Shown here one piece after another: positions 9,980-17,893 of a stretch of 32,000 bases of DNA. This DNA comes from Saccharolobus solfataricus (GTDB lineage: Archaea; Thermoproteota; Thermoprotei_A; Sulfolobales; Sulfolobaceae). Under the pieces are notes generated by a model. It saw only the letters and a program-made list of their open reading frames with translations. It made no database searches and had not been told where the DNA came from. The DNA lies in the NCBI RefSeq assembly GCF_900079115.1, contig NZ_LT549890.1, positions 2,670,001-2,702,000 of the forward strand, given 5' to 3'. Both the position numbers and the translations under genes were made by a program. Every line of letters starts with the position of its first letter. Position 1 is the stretch's first letter.

Positions 9980-10894
9980 TTACCTTGCGAAATAATCTAT
10001 CGTGACTTTTTTTACTGCTTCATCTAATCTCCTTAAGTCGCTATCCCTAAGCGACCATCCTAGACTTCCTAAATTCTCCTTGAGGTGATCCTCTTTAGTA
10101 GTGTTGAAGATAGCAAATACATTATCCTTACTGACCAACCAATTTAGAACTACTTGTGCTGGAGTTTTACCTAGTTCCTTAGCAATTGAAGATATTTCCT
10201 CTATGAGCGGTTCTAAGTTTTTAATGTAAGTCTCCCTAGCAAGGACATACCATCTGTACTCGTTTCTGACCTCCTTTCTCCCTATTAGATAACCTAATCC
10301 TAAAGCATCGTATGCTAGCAAGGGGATATTTTCCCTTAACATATAAGGAAGAACCTCCTTCTCTACGTCTCTAAATAGAACGTTATAATGCAATTCATTA
10401 GCCGCAACGTCAGTCTTAGATAAATGTTCTCTAAATTCCCTCATCAAGGGAAGGGAAAAGTTACTTAGGCCAACATATCTAATTTTTCCCTCGTTGAATA
10501 ACCTCTCCATCGCCTTAGCAGTTTCCCTTATGGGCACATAGTGATTAGGCCAGTGAACTAGGTATAAGTCTATATATGATGTGTTAAGTCTTTTTAAACT
10601 TCCCTCAGAAGCCTTCAAAACGTCATCATATCTTAAGTGGTCAATTGATACTTTAGTTATTATGAACAAATCTTCTCTCTTGAATTTACTTATGGCTCTT
10701 CCAATAATTGTTTCTGAAAGACCATTTCCATAGGATTCGGCAGTGTCTATTGCGTTTATTCCAAGCTCTATTGCCCTTTGAATAGCTTTTATTGCATTAT
10801 TCTCGTCGATTATTGAAGGTGTACCAAATTCCCAAGAACCTAAGATTAAGGGGGATATTTTCTCATTCGTCCATCCTAATGGCTTCTTTTCCAT
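9980..10894 (-). CDS. aldo/keto reductase
   Basis: 304 aa. INAIDTAESYGNG, IDLYLVHWPN, RYVGLSNF. Confidence 0.85.
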   Translation of the reverse strand: MEKKPLGWTNEKISPLILGSWEFGTPSIIDENNAIKAIQRAIELGINAIDTAESYGNGLSETIIGRAISKFKREDLFIITKVSIDHLRYDDVLKASEGSLKRLNTSYIDLYLVHWPNHYVPIRETAKAMERLFNEGKIRYVGLSNFSLPLMREFREHLSKTDVAANELHYNVLFRDVEKEVLPYMLRENIPLLAYDALGLGYLIGRKEVRNEYRWYVLARETYIKNLEPLIEEISSIAKELGKTPAQVVLNWLVSKDNVFAIFNTTKEDHLKENLGSLGWSLRDSDLRRLDEAVKKVTIDYFAR

Positions 10895-10988
10895 GAATAA
10901 GTAAGATATTGTTAAGTATTTAAATGTTTATTAATTGAGTTTAGCCTAGACCAATTTTCTTTTAATTTTGACTAACATACTAATTCTT

Positions 10989-11555
10989 ATGGAGAGGGAG
11001 ATAATTAAGATCTTATCCGTAGTTGAATTCCATCCTTTAATATTGGCTTTTCATCTTGGTTTGATGCTAGCAGGAGTTTCCCTACTCAGTTACTCCTTGT
11101 TCTTAATACTTGTCAAAAAGGTAGATATTATGCTCCCACTAGTTATCAGTTTCATGGCTTATCTTACATCGTTAATACTCCTTATACTAATTTTACTTCT
11201 AGAAACTTATCGTTTTCTGATCTTTGATGGGAGAATTTTGGTAAAAAACAGTCTCTTAACGAGAAATGAATTCAAGTTTAGCCTAAGGGATAAAAATCTA
11301 ATAATTGGCTTTTATGACAAGGCTTCATTAGGAAAGTTTGCAATAATATATGGCGATAGATTGCTTTTTAAATTTTTAACCCAGCAAAAAAATATAAGAC
11401 TGATAAAAAACTTTGTGGTCAAGTCAGGTTACAGATTAGGTGGAACTTATAAAATTTGCAGAGTTTGTGGAAGCATAAATGAAGAAAACGCAGAGTACTG
11501 TGATTTCTGTGGCTCAAGAGAAGTTTCACCTTACGATCTCTACTGGATAGATTAG
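10989..11555 (+). CDS. membrane protein with a C-terminal zinc ribbon
   Basis: The first ATG in the track ORF is at 10989. Two or three TM helices are followed by CRVCGS...CDFCGS. Confidence 0.55.
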   Translation: MEREIIKILSVVEFHPLILAFHLGLMLAGVSLLSYSLFLILVKKVDIMLPLVISFMAYLTSLILLILILLLETYRFLIFDGRILVKNSLLTRNEFKFSLRDKNLIIGFYDKASLGKFAIIYGDRLLFKFLTQQKNIRLIKNFVVKSGYRLGGTYKICRVCGSINEENAEYCDFCGSREVSPYDLYWID

Positions 11556-11575
11556 GTAATCTACTCTGCCCTAAC

Positions 11576-11875
11576 CGGTAGATCCAAAATCTCTCCCTTA
11601 AAAATAAATCTGTAGTATTATTAAGCGTTTTTTATTTTAATAGAATTATCTTCCACTATTAATGTTATGGATAAAATAATGGGTGAAAGTCTTCCCTCTC
11701 CACATCCTTGAATATTGTGAAGAGGCACTACATGCCTCGCCTCTAACAAACCTACTGGGACAGCGAGTCCAGCGCGTCGCCTACGTCAATGTCCTTGAGG
11801 TCGACATTCTTGCCCTTGGGGATCCGGAGACGCTTCTTCGCGGGGCCCTTGTAGACTGTAACACATTTGCATAAC
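11576..11875 (-). mobile_element. diverged, truncated right-end remnant of an ISC1225-related IS
   Basis: CGGTAGATCCAAAATCTCTCCCTTAAAAATAAATCTGTAGTATTATTAAGCG compared with the reverse-complemented ISC1225 right end CGGTAGACCCAAAATCACCTCCATAAAAATAAATCTATAGTATTAATAAGTG. The minus-strand frame gives LFTIFKDVEREDFHPLF, resembling LYTVFKNVMTREEFRLLL. The frames are broken by stops. Confidence 0.7.
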
Positions 11876-12143
11876 TTTTAAATACTTTTAATCATTTCAC
11901 AATATGATCTTTATTATGATTATGTTTATATATTATTTCCTCTACATTATAAATTGATGAACTCCATACTGATGACGGGCTATGCTCACGAGGTATTGGG
12001 GGCGACAAATACGGATGGGAAGGTAGTGGTGTTTCCCTCGACTAGCCCCAATGAGTTGAGGGTGAGTGTGTATGAGCCCTCAAGAGGGGTGCCCCGTGGC
12101 GGAATTAGAAGTGGTTAAAAGTAAGCAGAAGTTACGCCACGGG
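11876..12143 (+). mobile_element. GC-rich structured island X: truncated IS200/IS605-type right-end remnant (tnpB tail plus terminal hairpin), homologous to island Y
   Basis: Collinear blocks shared with Y. Nested helices ATTGGGGGC (11995..12003) / GCCCCAAT (12045..12052), GAGGGT/GCCCTC, and CCCGTGGCG (12093..12101) / CGCCACGGG (12135..12143). It abuts the break point of vapC. Family assignment is an inference. Confidence 0.4.
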
Positions 12144-12260
12144 TAAACACTCCGTAGCCTTCTCTTTCATCTCAGATATTTTCTCTTCTACAGATTTCTT
12201 AGGTTTTAAAATTGCGTAAACAAATACGTTATAATCTATAAATCTTACGCTTGAGCTCAT
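12132..12260 (-). pseudogene. vapC: PIN-domain toxin (VapC) fragment, first ~40 codons only
   Basis: MSSSVRFIDYNVFVYAILKPKKSVEEKISEMKEKATECL, then it reads into island X and stops. It overlaps the 3' end of the upstream AbrB-type gene, as in vapBC operons. Confidence 0.6.
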
Positions 12261-12453
12261 GCCAGTCATCCGGCAATTCATCAACTTCTACACTATCTAT
12301 TAGTTTTGATACATTAGAGACCTTAGGATAAATTTCGATTCTATCATCCTTTAAAACCATAATAAGGTCTTCCGTATCGAATCCGGCTCTCCACTCTTTT
12401 GGTATAACAATTCTTCTCTGATCATCAACTTTCTTTATTACCACTTTTTCCAT
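12229..12453 (-). CDS. vapB: AbrB/SpoVT-fold antitoxin (VapB-like)
   Basis: 74 aa with ATG start. N-terminal swapped-hairpin motif VDDQRRIVIPKEWR. The cognate PIN gene downstream is truncated. Confidence 0.7.
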   Translation of the reverse strand: MEKVVIKKVDDQRRIVIPKEWRAGFDTEDLIMVLKDDRIEIYPKVSNVSKLIDSVEVDELPDDWHELKRKIYRL

Positions 12454-12623
12454 TTTCTTGCTAATTAATTATCGAATTATCATCATATAAGCTTTACGCC
12501 AAATATAAGGGAAGAGCGAATTACGTTAGTATTTTCGAAAAGTTCTAAGACTAGGATTTAACAGCGAATCCTTGGAAGCTATAAACTTTCTGAAGGCATT
12601 AGTGAAGGAAGATTATTATAATA

Positions 12624-12933
12624 GACGGGGGTTCAAAGGGGGCGGAAAACTTCGCCTCTTTGAGACGGAGATGGATAGCCCCCTTTGTAGAAATATTTAA
12701 AAACACTGACTATGAAATATTTTTGATGACAGTTACTGATGGGGCAAGCGTCACCGAGACACCTTGGTTAAAGCGAGGGTCTATGAGGTACGCCTCTGCT
12801 CCAGACAGTGATGGCACAGACGTTAAGTACCATGCGGGGTGGGAGCCACCCTTAGTGCCTGTGGAGCTCTGCCCTCTACCAGTACTTCGGTACTGGCATG
12901 GTAGAGCTGTGAAGCAGGAAGCTCCCTCCTTTA
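12624..12933 (+). mobile_element. GC-rich structured island Y: non-autonomous IS200/IS605-type remnant (putative left-end hairpin, tnpB C-terminal tail, omega-RNA-like scaffold); continues at 15392
   Basis: 9-bp helix 12635..12643 / 12678..12686. UNCG hairpins GAGG-TACG-CCTC (12785..12796) and CCAGTAC-TTCG-GTACTGG (12879..12896). The frame ...[27 protein letters not shown] closes as ...RRG* only across the IS tandem. Confidence 0.45.
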
Positions 12934-14158
12934 CGGTAGACCCAAAATCATTTTACAAAAAATAATTTTGGTTGGGTAATATCAGATTCTGAAAAATAAT
13001 AGAATTTATAGCTTTGACAAGAACGCAACTAATTGAAGATAGATTTAAGGTGAGGAACCCGGTATTATCACGTGGTGAAGACAAGGTGATAACACCTGGT
13101 CTTCCCCACCAAAATAATATACAACAAGTAGGGTATAAATTACTTTCCATGTTGAGCTTCAAGGGAAGAAAGGCTGAGGAGGTATCGAGAGTTCTGGTCT
13201 CCGCGTGCTTGTGGAACGACTCCGTGGAAAGCAAGTCCAAAGGGTATAACGTGTCACCACAGACCGTGAGGAACTACGTGGAGGAGCAGGGAACTGAGGT
13301 GATCGAGAAGCTATTAGAGTCCATGAGGAGGATTTCCATGGAGATACTCAAGGGAGTGAAGGAAGTCGACATCTCCATAGACTGGACAACCAAGACGTGG
13401 TATGGTAAGCCGGTGGAGGGACTGGGTAGTTCAGCCAAGGGGAACTCGTGGAACTACGCTACCGCGACCACGAAGTATCAGAATATGGTGCTCCTCCTAG
13501 CTTTCGTTCCCCAAGTTAACGGGATGAGCAAGGATGAGATCGTGAAGCTCCTCATGGAGCAAATTGTGGGAATGGGCCTCAAGGTGGGGCTCGTAACCTT
13601 GGACGCGGGATTCTACACCGTGGAAGTCCTCAAGTTCATATCGCAGTTCAAGTTCGTGATAGGAGTCCCTGTGGGGGACGTGAAGATCTACGAGGAGTTC
13701 GACGGAGAGTACACGACAAACAGTAAGAGGCATAAGAAGGAAGAGCAGGTCAAGTTCAGACTCCTGGTGTATGGTAAGGAAATCGTTAAGAAGAGGAAGA
13801 AGACCGTGGTGTACTTCGCGAGGGCGACCAACCTCGACCTACCCAAGAGGGAAGTGCTGAAGTTGTACAACAAGGTTAGGAGTCCCATTGAGACGTCTTA
13901 CAGGAACATCAAGGCCTTCCTTCCCTTCACGAGCTCCACCAAGTTCATCTTCCGCGAGTTGATCTTCGTGCTGGCCATGATCTTCTACTCGCTTTACACC
14001 GTGTTTAAGAACGTCATGACAAGAGAGGAGTTTAGATTGCTGCTCATCCTCTGCTTTCTAGACGATTTATCTGATCTAAAGGATTTTATATTTAATCTTG
14101 AGGAAACACTTATTAATACTATAGATTTATTTTTATGGAGGTGATTTTGGGTCTACCG
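12934..14158 (+). mobile_element. 1225-bp IS (ISC1225-type), copy B
   Basis: Exactly 1225 bp with 17-bp terminal IRs CGGTAGACCCAAAATCA. TTTA on both sides (12930..12933 and 14159..14162). Confidence 0.92.
13014..14144 (+). CDS. IS4-superfamily DDE transposase (copy B)
   Basis: ISIDWT, VTLDAGFY, and LYNKVRSPIETSYRNIK (Y-R-E-K signature). The TTG start exists only in this copy, so the true start is uncertain. Confidence 0.8.
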   Translation: MTRTQLIEDRFKVRNPVLSRGEDKVITPGLPHQNNIQQVGYKLLSMLSFKGRKAEEVSRVLVSACLWNDSVESKSKGYNVSPQTVRNYVEEQGTEVIEKLLESMRRISMEILKGVKEVDISIDWTTKTWYGKPVEGLGSSAKGNSWNYATATTKYQNMVLLLAFVPQVNGMSKDEIVKLLMEQIVGMGLKVGLVTLDAGFYTVEVLKFISQFKFVIGVPVGDVKIYEEFDGEYTTNSKRHKKEEQVKFRLLVYGKEIVKKRKKTVVYFARATNLDLPKREVLKLYNKVRSPIETSYRNIKAFLPFTSSTKFIFRELIFVLAMIFYSLYTVFKNVMTREEFRLLLILCFLDDLSDLKDFIFNLEETLINTIDLFLWR

Positions 14159-14179
14159 TTTACGGTAGACCCAAAATCA
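14142..14179. repeat. abutted IS ends: 17-bp / 4-nt spacer / 17-bp palindrome at the tandem junction
   Basis: TGATTTTGGGTCTACCG-TTTA-CGGTAGACCCAAAATCA read directly. This is the right IR of copy B, the shared target duplication, and the left IR of copy C. Confidence 0.95.
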
Positions 14180-15387
14180 TTTTACAAAAAATAATTTTGG
14201 TTGGGTAATATCAGATTCTGAAAAATAATAGAATTTATAGCTTTAACAAGAACGCAACTAATTGAAGAAAGATTTAAGGTGAGGAAGCCGGTATTATCAC
14301 GTGGTGAAGACAAGGTGATAACACCTGGTCTTCCCCACCAAAATAATATACAACAAGTAGGGTATAAATTACTTTCCATGTTGAGCTTCAAGGGAAGAAA
14401 GGCTGAGGAGGTATCGAGAGTTCTGGTCTCCGCGTGCTTGTGGAACGACTCCGTGGAAAGCAAGTCCAAAGGGTATAACGTGTCACCACAGACCGTGAGG
14501 AACTACGTGGAGGAGCAGGGAACTGAGGTGATCGAGAAGCTATTAGAGTCCATGAGGAGGATTTCCATGGAGATACTCAAGGGAGTGAAGGAAGTCGACA
14601 TCTCCATAGACTGGACAACCAAGACGTGGTATGGTAAGCCGGTGGAGGGACTGGGTAGTTCAGCCAAGGGGAACTCGTGGAACTACGCTACCGCGACCAC
14701 GAAGTATCAGAATATGGTGCTCCTCCTAGCTTTCGTTCCCCAAGTTAACGGGATGAGCAAGGATGAGATCGTGAAGCTTCTCATGGAGCAAATTGTGGGA
14801 ATGGGCCTCAAGGTGGGGCTCGTAACCTTGGACGCGGGATTCTACACCGTGGAAGTCCTCAAGTTCATATCGCAGTTCAAGTTCGTGATAGGAGTCCCTG
14901 TGGGGGACGTGAAGATCTACGAGGAGTTCGACGGAGAGTACACGACAAACAGTAAGAGGTATAAGAAGGAAGAGCAGGTCAAGTTCAGACTCCTGGTGTA
15001 TGGTAAGGAAATCGTTAAGAAGAGGAAGAAGACCGTGGTGTACTTCGCGAGGGCGACCAACCTCGACCTACCCAAGAGGGAAGTGCTGAAGTTGTACAAC
15101 AAGGTTAGGAGTCCCATTGAGACGTCTTACAGGAACATCAAGGCCTTCCTTCCCTTCACGAGCTCCACCAAGTTCATCTTCCGCGAGTTGATCTTCGTGC
15201 TGGCCATGATCTTCTACTCGCTTTACACCGTGTTTAAGAACGTCATGACAAGAGAGGAGTTTAGATTGCTGCTCATCCTCTGCTTTCTAGACGATTTATC
15301 TGATCTAAAGGATTTTATATTTAATCTTGAGGAAACACTTATTAATACTATAGATTTATTTTTATGGAGGTGATTTTGGGTCTACCG
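14163..15387 (+). mobile_element. 1225-bp IS (ISC1225-type), copy C
   Basis: Exactly 1225 bp with the same IRs. TTTA at 14159..14162 and 15388..15391. Confidence 0.92.
14279..15373 (+). CDS. IS4-superfamily DDE transposase (copy C)
   Basis: 364 aa from GTG. Differs from copy B by H->Y (14960) and one synonymous change (14779). Confidence 0.8.
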   Translation: MRKPVLSRGEDKVITPGLPHQNNIQQVGYKLLSMLSFKGRKAEEVSRVLVSACLWNDSVESKSKGYNVSPQTVRNYVEEQGTEVIEKLLESMRRISMEILKGVKEVDISIDWTTKTWYGKPVEGLGSSAKGNSWNYATATTKYQNMVLLLAFVPQVNGMSKDEIVKLLMEQIVGMGLKVGLVTLDAGFYTVEVLKFISQFKFVIGVPVGDVKIYEEFDGEYTTNSKRYKKEEQVKFRLLVYGKEIVKKRKKTVVYFARATNLDLPKREVLKLYNKVRSPIETSYRNIKAFLPFTSSTKFIFRELIFVLAMIFYSLYTVFKNVMTREEFRLLLILCFLDDLSDLKDFIFNLEETLINTIDLFLWR

Positions 15388-15391
15388 TTTA

Positions 15392-15410
15392 GGAGGGGGT
15401 AGCTCACATT
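15392..15410 (+). mobile_element. distal piece of island Y (3' arm of the terminal hairpin plus the tnpB-tail stop codon)
   Basis: GGAGGGGG pairs with CTCCCTCC (12922..12929) across the TTTA loop. TAG at 15399..15401 closes the reconstructed frame. The outer boundary is not determined. Confidence 0.4.
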
Positions 15411-15577
15411 ATATACATGAAGGTTAAAGAAGATTAAGTATTAACTTTACTTACAAGTCGCCCAACAGATAGCTAAACACTTCTATGAAGTTGAAGAGAA
15501 GGATTTTTTGATAGATTAGTACTTTTCCCAATTTAAGGGCTCAATAATGTTATAAACTTACTTAACAGAATGTAACT

Positions 15578-16381
15578 ATGCCTTGTAGAGGTTTACACGC
15601 AATACCAGCTGGTCCTCCAGAGTTTCCCGAACTAGCAACAATTTACGTAGTTTGCGGAGATAAACTTAACGTAATGATAGACGCTGGTGTTACAAACTCA
15701 ATTATGGACTCTTCTTTTTTAGAAAAACTTGATCTCGTAATATTGACACACATTCATATAGACCATATTGGGCTATTACCAGAAATTTTAGATAGGTATA
15801 AGAATGCTAAAGTCATGATAAAAAATGGATTTAAAAAGTTTCTGACAACTGAAGATGGAGTAAGGAGATTGAATGAGAGCTCGGAGAAAGTATTAGGCGA
15901 TCTTTATTATATTTACGGTGAGTTTACAAAAATAGATCCAGACAAAGTGGTTGAGGTTGAGGGTGGAGAGATGATTGATATCGGGGATGGAAAGACTTTG
16001 AAGATAATTTACACCCCAGGGCATGCAAAACATCACATTTCCGTAGTTAGTGATGATATTTTATTCACTGGTGATAGTGGAGGAGCTTACTTTAACGGTG
16101 CCGTTATACCAACAACTCCTCCACCACTAGATTACGATAATTACGTTAATAGTTTAAGGTTACAAATTTCATTAAAACCTAAGGTTGTTGGCTTAGCTCA
16201 TGGTGGACTTGTAAGTCCTAATATACTAGAACAACACTTGGATCAGATGCTGGGTAAAGAAAGTTTCGATATTGGCGAAATTGATATTGGAGGTATAGGC
16301 GGGGAAATCCTTAGGAAGCAAGTAGAGGTCAACTTAAGAGGCTTAAATGAGGCTTTAGGAAGAAATAAAAAGACATTATAA
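15578..16381 (+). CDS. metallo-beta-lactamase-fold hydrolase or dioxygenase
   Basis: 267 aa. HIHIDHIG (HxHxDH), YTPGHAKHH, FTGDSGG. Confidence 0.75.
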   Translation: MPCRGLHAIPAGPPEFPELATIYVVCGDKLNVMIDAGVTNSIMDSSFLEKLDLVILTHIHIDHIGLLPEILDRYKNAKVMIKNGFKKFLTTEDGVRRLNESSEKVLGDLYYIYGEFTKIDPDKVVEVEGGEMIDIGDGKTLKIIYTPGHAKHHISVVSDDILFTGDSGGAYFNGAVIPTTPPPLDYDNYVNSLRLQISLKPKVVGLAHGGLVSPNILEQHLDQMLGKESFDIGEIDIGGIGGEILRKQVEVNLRGLNEALGRNKKTL

Positions 16382-16463
16382 TCTTATTGCTTATTTTTAT
16401 TTATAACGATGATCTAAACTTTATCAAACTAAAGAATATAAGATATACTTGTATATTAGACTT

Positions 16464-16793
16464 ATGGTTTGGAAAAGAACCATATCCGCAAAAGCATTAG
16501 AAAAAGCGAAAAGCGCAGCGGTTAAGGTAGAGGATAAAGTTGTTTTTATAGCTAATATAAAGGGAACGCTATACGCTATGGATGCAGTGTGTTCACACGC
16601 AAGGTGTATTTTAGATCAACTAGATGAAGAGAAACTTACTGTAAAGTGTTATTGTCATCAAGCATTGTTTGATTTAAGGAGTGGTAAAATGCTAGAACCA
16701 CCGTATGTTGCTCCAGATGCCCCAAAGGAAAAATTGGGATTAAAAACATATCAGATAAGAGATAATGGTGGTTGGATAGAGGTGGACGTTTAA
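16464..16793 (+). CDS. Rieske [2Fe-2S] domain protein
   Basis: First ATG in the track ORF. CSHARC...CYCHQALFD gives the CxH / CxxH ligand boxes. Confidence 0.75.
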   Translation: MVWKRTISAKALEKAKSAAVKVEDKVVFIANIKGTLYAMDAVCSHARCILDQLDEEKLTVKCYCHQALFDLRSGKMLEPPYVAPDAPKEKLGLKTYQIRDNGGWIEVDV

Positions 16794-17893
16794 CTTTTCC
16801 TAATGGATTCAACTAAAGGCTTTAGGATAAAGTCCACTCCACCGCTTAAACTGGCCCAATATAACCTAGTGAAAGCTTTTTTCATATAACGATAGATTGA
16901 TGTAGGCCCTAAGGCCTTGCTCTTCTCATAGTTTAACCAAACTAACATACCTTCATTTGGTCCAGAGTAAACTGCGCATATAGCGGTACCGTCATAACTC
17001 TCTTTACTCCTATTTCCCTCTATTTCAGCTAGTATATTGTTTGCAACAACCTCAGCTTGAAAGTGGGCAGCTGCACCGGTTTTAGGTGTTGGGGTACTAT
17101 TGGCATCGCCAATTACGAAGACTCCATCCTTGTAAGCCAAAGTGCTCTTATCGACTGGTATTAATCCAGACTTATCAGCCAACTCACTAAAGCCCGTGGA
17201 GATTGGTGTATCTATAATCAAGTGGTCAAAAGCAATCTTCTCTCCTTCAGTCGATACTGCATACCTTTCGTTGTAGTTAACCTCTTGTATTACAAACCCT
17301 TTGTAAACTTTTATACCTAACTCGTTAGCCTTCTTATTAAACATGTTTGACATTGGGACTTGTAAAGGGGGTGGTTGCTTAGCAGGGACTATTACACTAA
17401 CGTTGGCATCGGGATATTTTCTCTTTATTAGAAATGATAATTCCCACGGTGCAGCTGGACACTTTATTATTCCCGGAAGAGACCCAATAACGAAACTCTT
17501 TCCCCTTGGATTCATAACTTCATTTTTAATCATCTTAGCGTCTTCGATTGTATGATAGCCCCTCAGACTATGAACGGGTATATTTTGTCCTCCAGTTGCT
17601 ATTACTATATAATCGCCCTCAAATTTTTCTCCACTCTCTGATATTATTGTCCTATTTTCTGGCATTATTTTGGTAGCTTTAGACCTTACCCATTTTACTG
17701 ATGGTTTCAATAATGAGCTAGTAGGCATCTTTATTTTATTCTCATCTACTTCCCCAGTAATGTAATCCACTAATCCAGGTTGATATGTGTGATATTCATT
17801 TGGTTCTATTACCGTAACTTCTAATTTATCCGCTAACAAGTTTGCTATCAATGTTCCTGCATTTCCTCCCCCAACTACGACTAATCTTTTCAT
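16790..17893 (-). CDS. FAD-dependent sulfide:quinone oxidoreductase-like flavoprotein
   Basis: 367 aa. VVVGGGNAGT dinucleotide fold. IIKCPAAPWE, TPKTGAAAHFQAEV and GTAICAVYSG resemble SQR/FCSD cysteine and flavin motifs as I remember them. Confidence 0.65.
   Translation of the reverse strand: MKRLVVVGGGNAGTLIANLLADKLEVTVIEPNEYHTYQPGLVDYITGEVDENKIKMPTSSLLKPSVKWVRSKATKIMPENRTIISESGEKFEGDYIVIATGGQNIPVHSLRGYHTIEDAKMIKNEVMNPRGKSFVIGSLPGIIKCPAAPWELSFLIKRKYPDANVSVIVPAKQPPPLQVPMSNMFNKKANELGIKVYKGFVIQEVNYNERYAVSTEGEKIAFDHLIIDTPISTGFSELADKSGLIPVDKSTLAYKDGVFVIGDANSTPTPKTGAAAHFQAEVVANNILAEIEGNRSKESYDGTAICAVYSGPNEGMLVWLNYEKSKALGPTSIYRYMKKAFTRLYWASLSGGVDFILKPLVESIRKS

Noticed and set aside
11683-11874. 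63-aa plus-strand ORF
   Set aside because: Antisense to the degenerate ISC1225-family remnant, which is better explained on the minus strand.
11966-12745. CUGAUGA / CUGA motifs in X and Y as hammerhead core or C/D-box sRNA
   Set aside because: No GAAA plus helix III arrangement for a hammerhead. The C-to-D box spacing (about 6 nt) is too short for a guide. The motifs are part of the homologous X/Y block.
12620-12933. Island Y as RNase P RNA or SRP (7S) RNA, given its size of about 300 nt, GC richness and UNCG loops
   Set aside because: I could not find the conserved P4 GGAAAGUCC / ACAGAA..GGCUUA pairing, or the SRP helix-8 GNAR loop with its flanking AGCA motif. An essential RNA would not tolerate a 2.45-kb IS tandem, and a diverged second copy (X) exists.
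12660-12965. 101-aa ORF in the track
   Set aside because: A chimera. It reads from AT-rich spacer through the tnpB-like tail of island Y into the left IR of the IS (…EAPSF|[10 protein letters not shown]). It is not a gene as drawn.
15392-15420. GGGGGTAGCTCA resembling a tRNA 5' end
   Set aside because: No D-loop, anticodon arm or T-arm follows. The sequence is the 3' arm of the island Y terminal hairpin.
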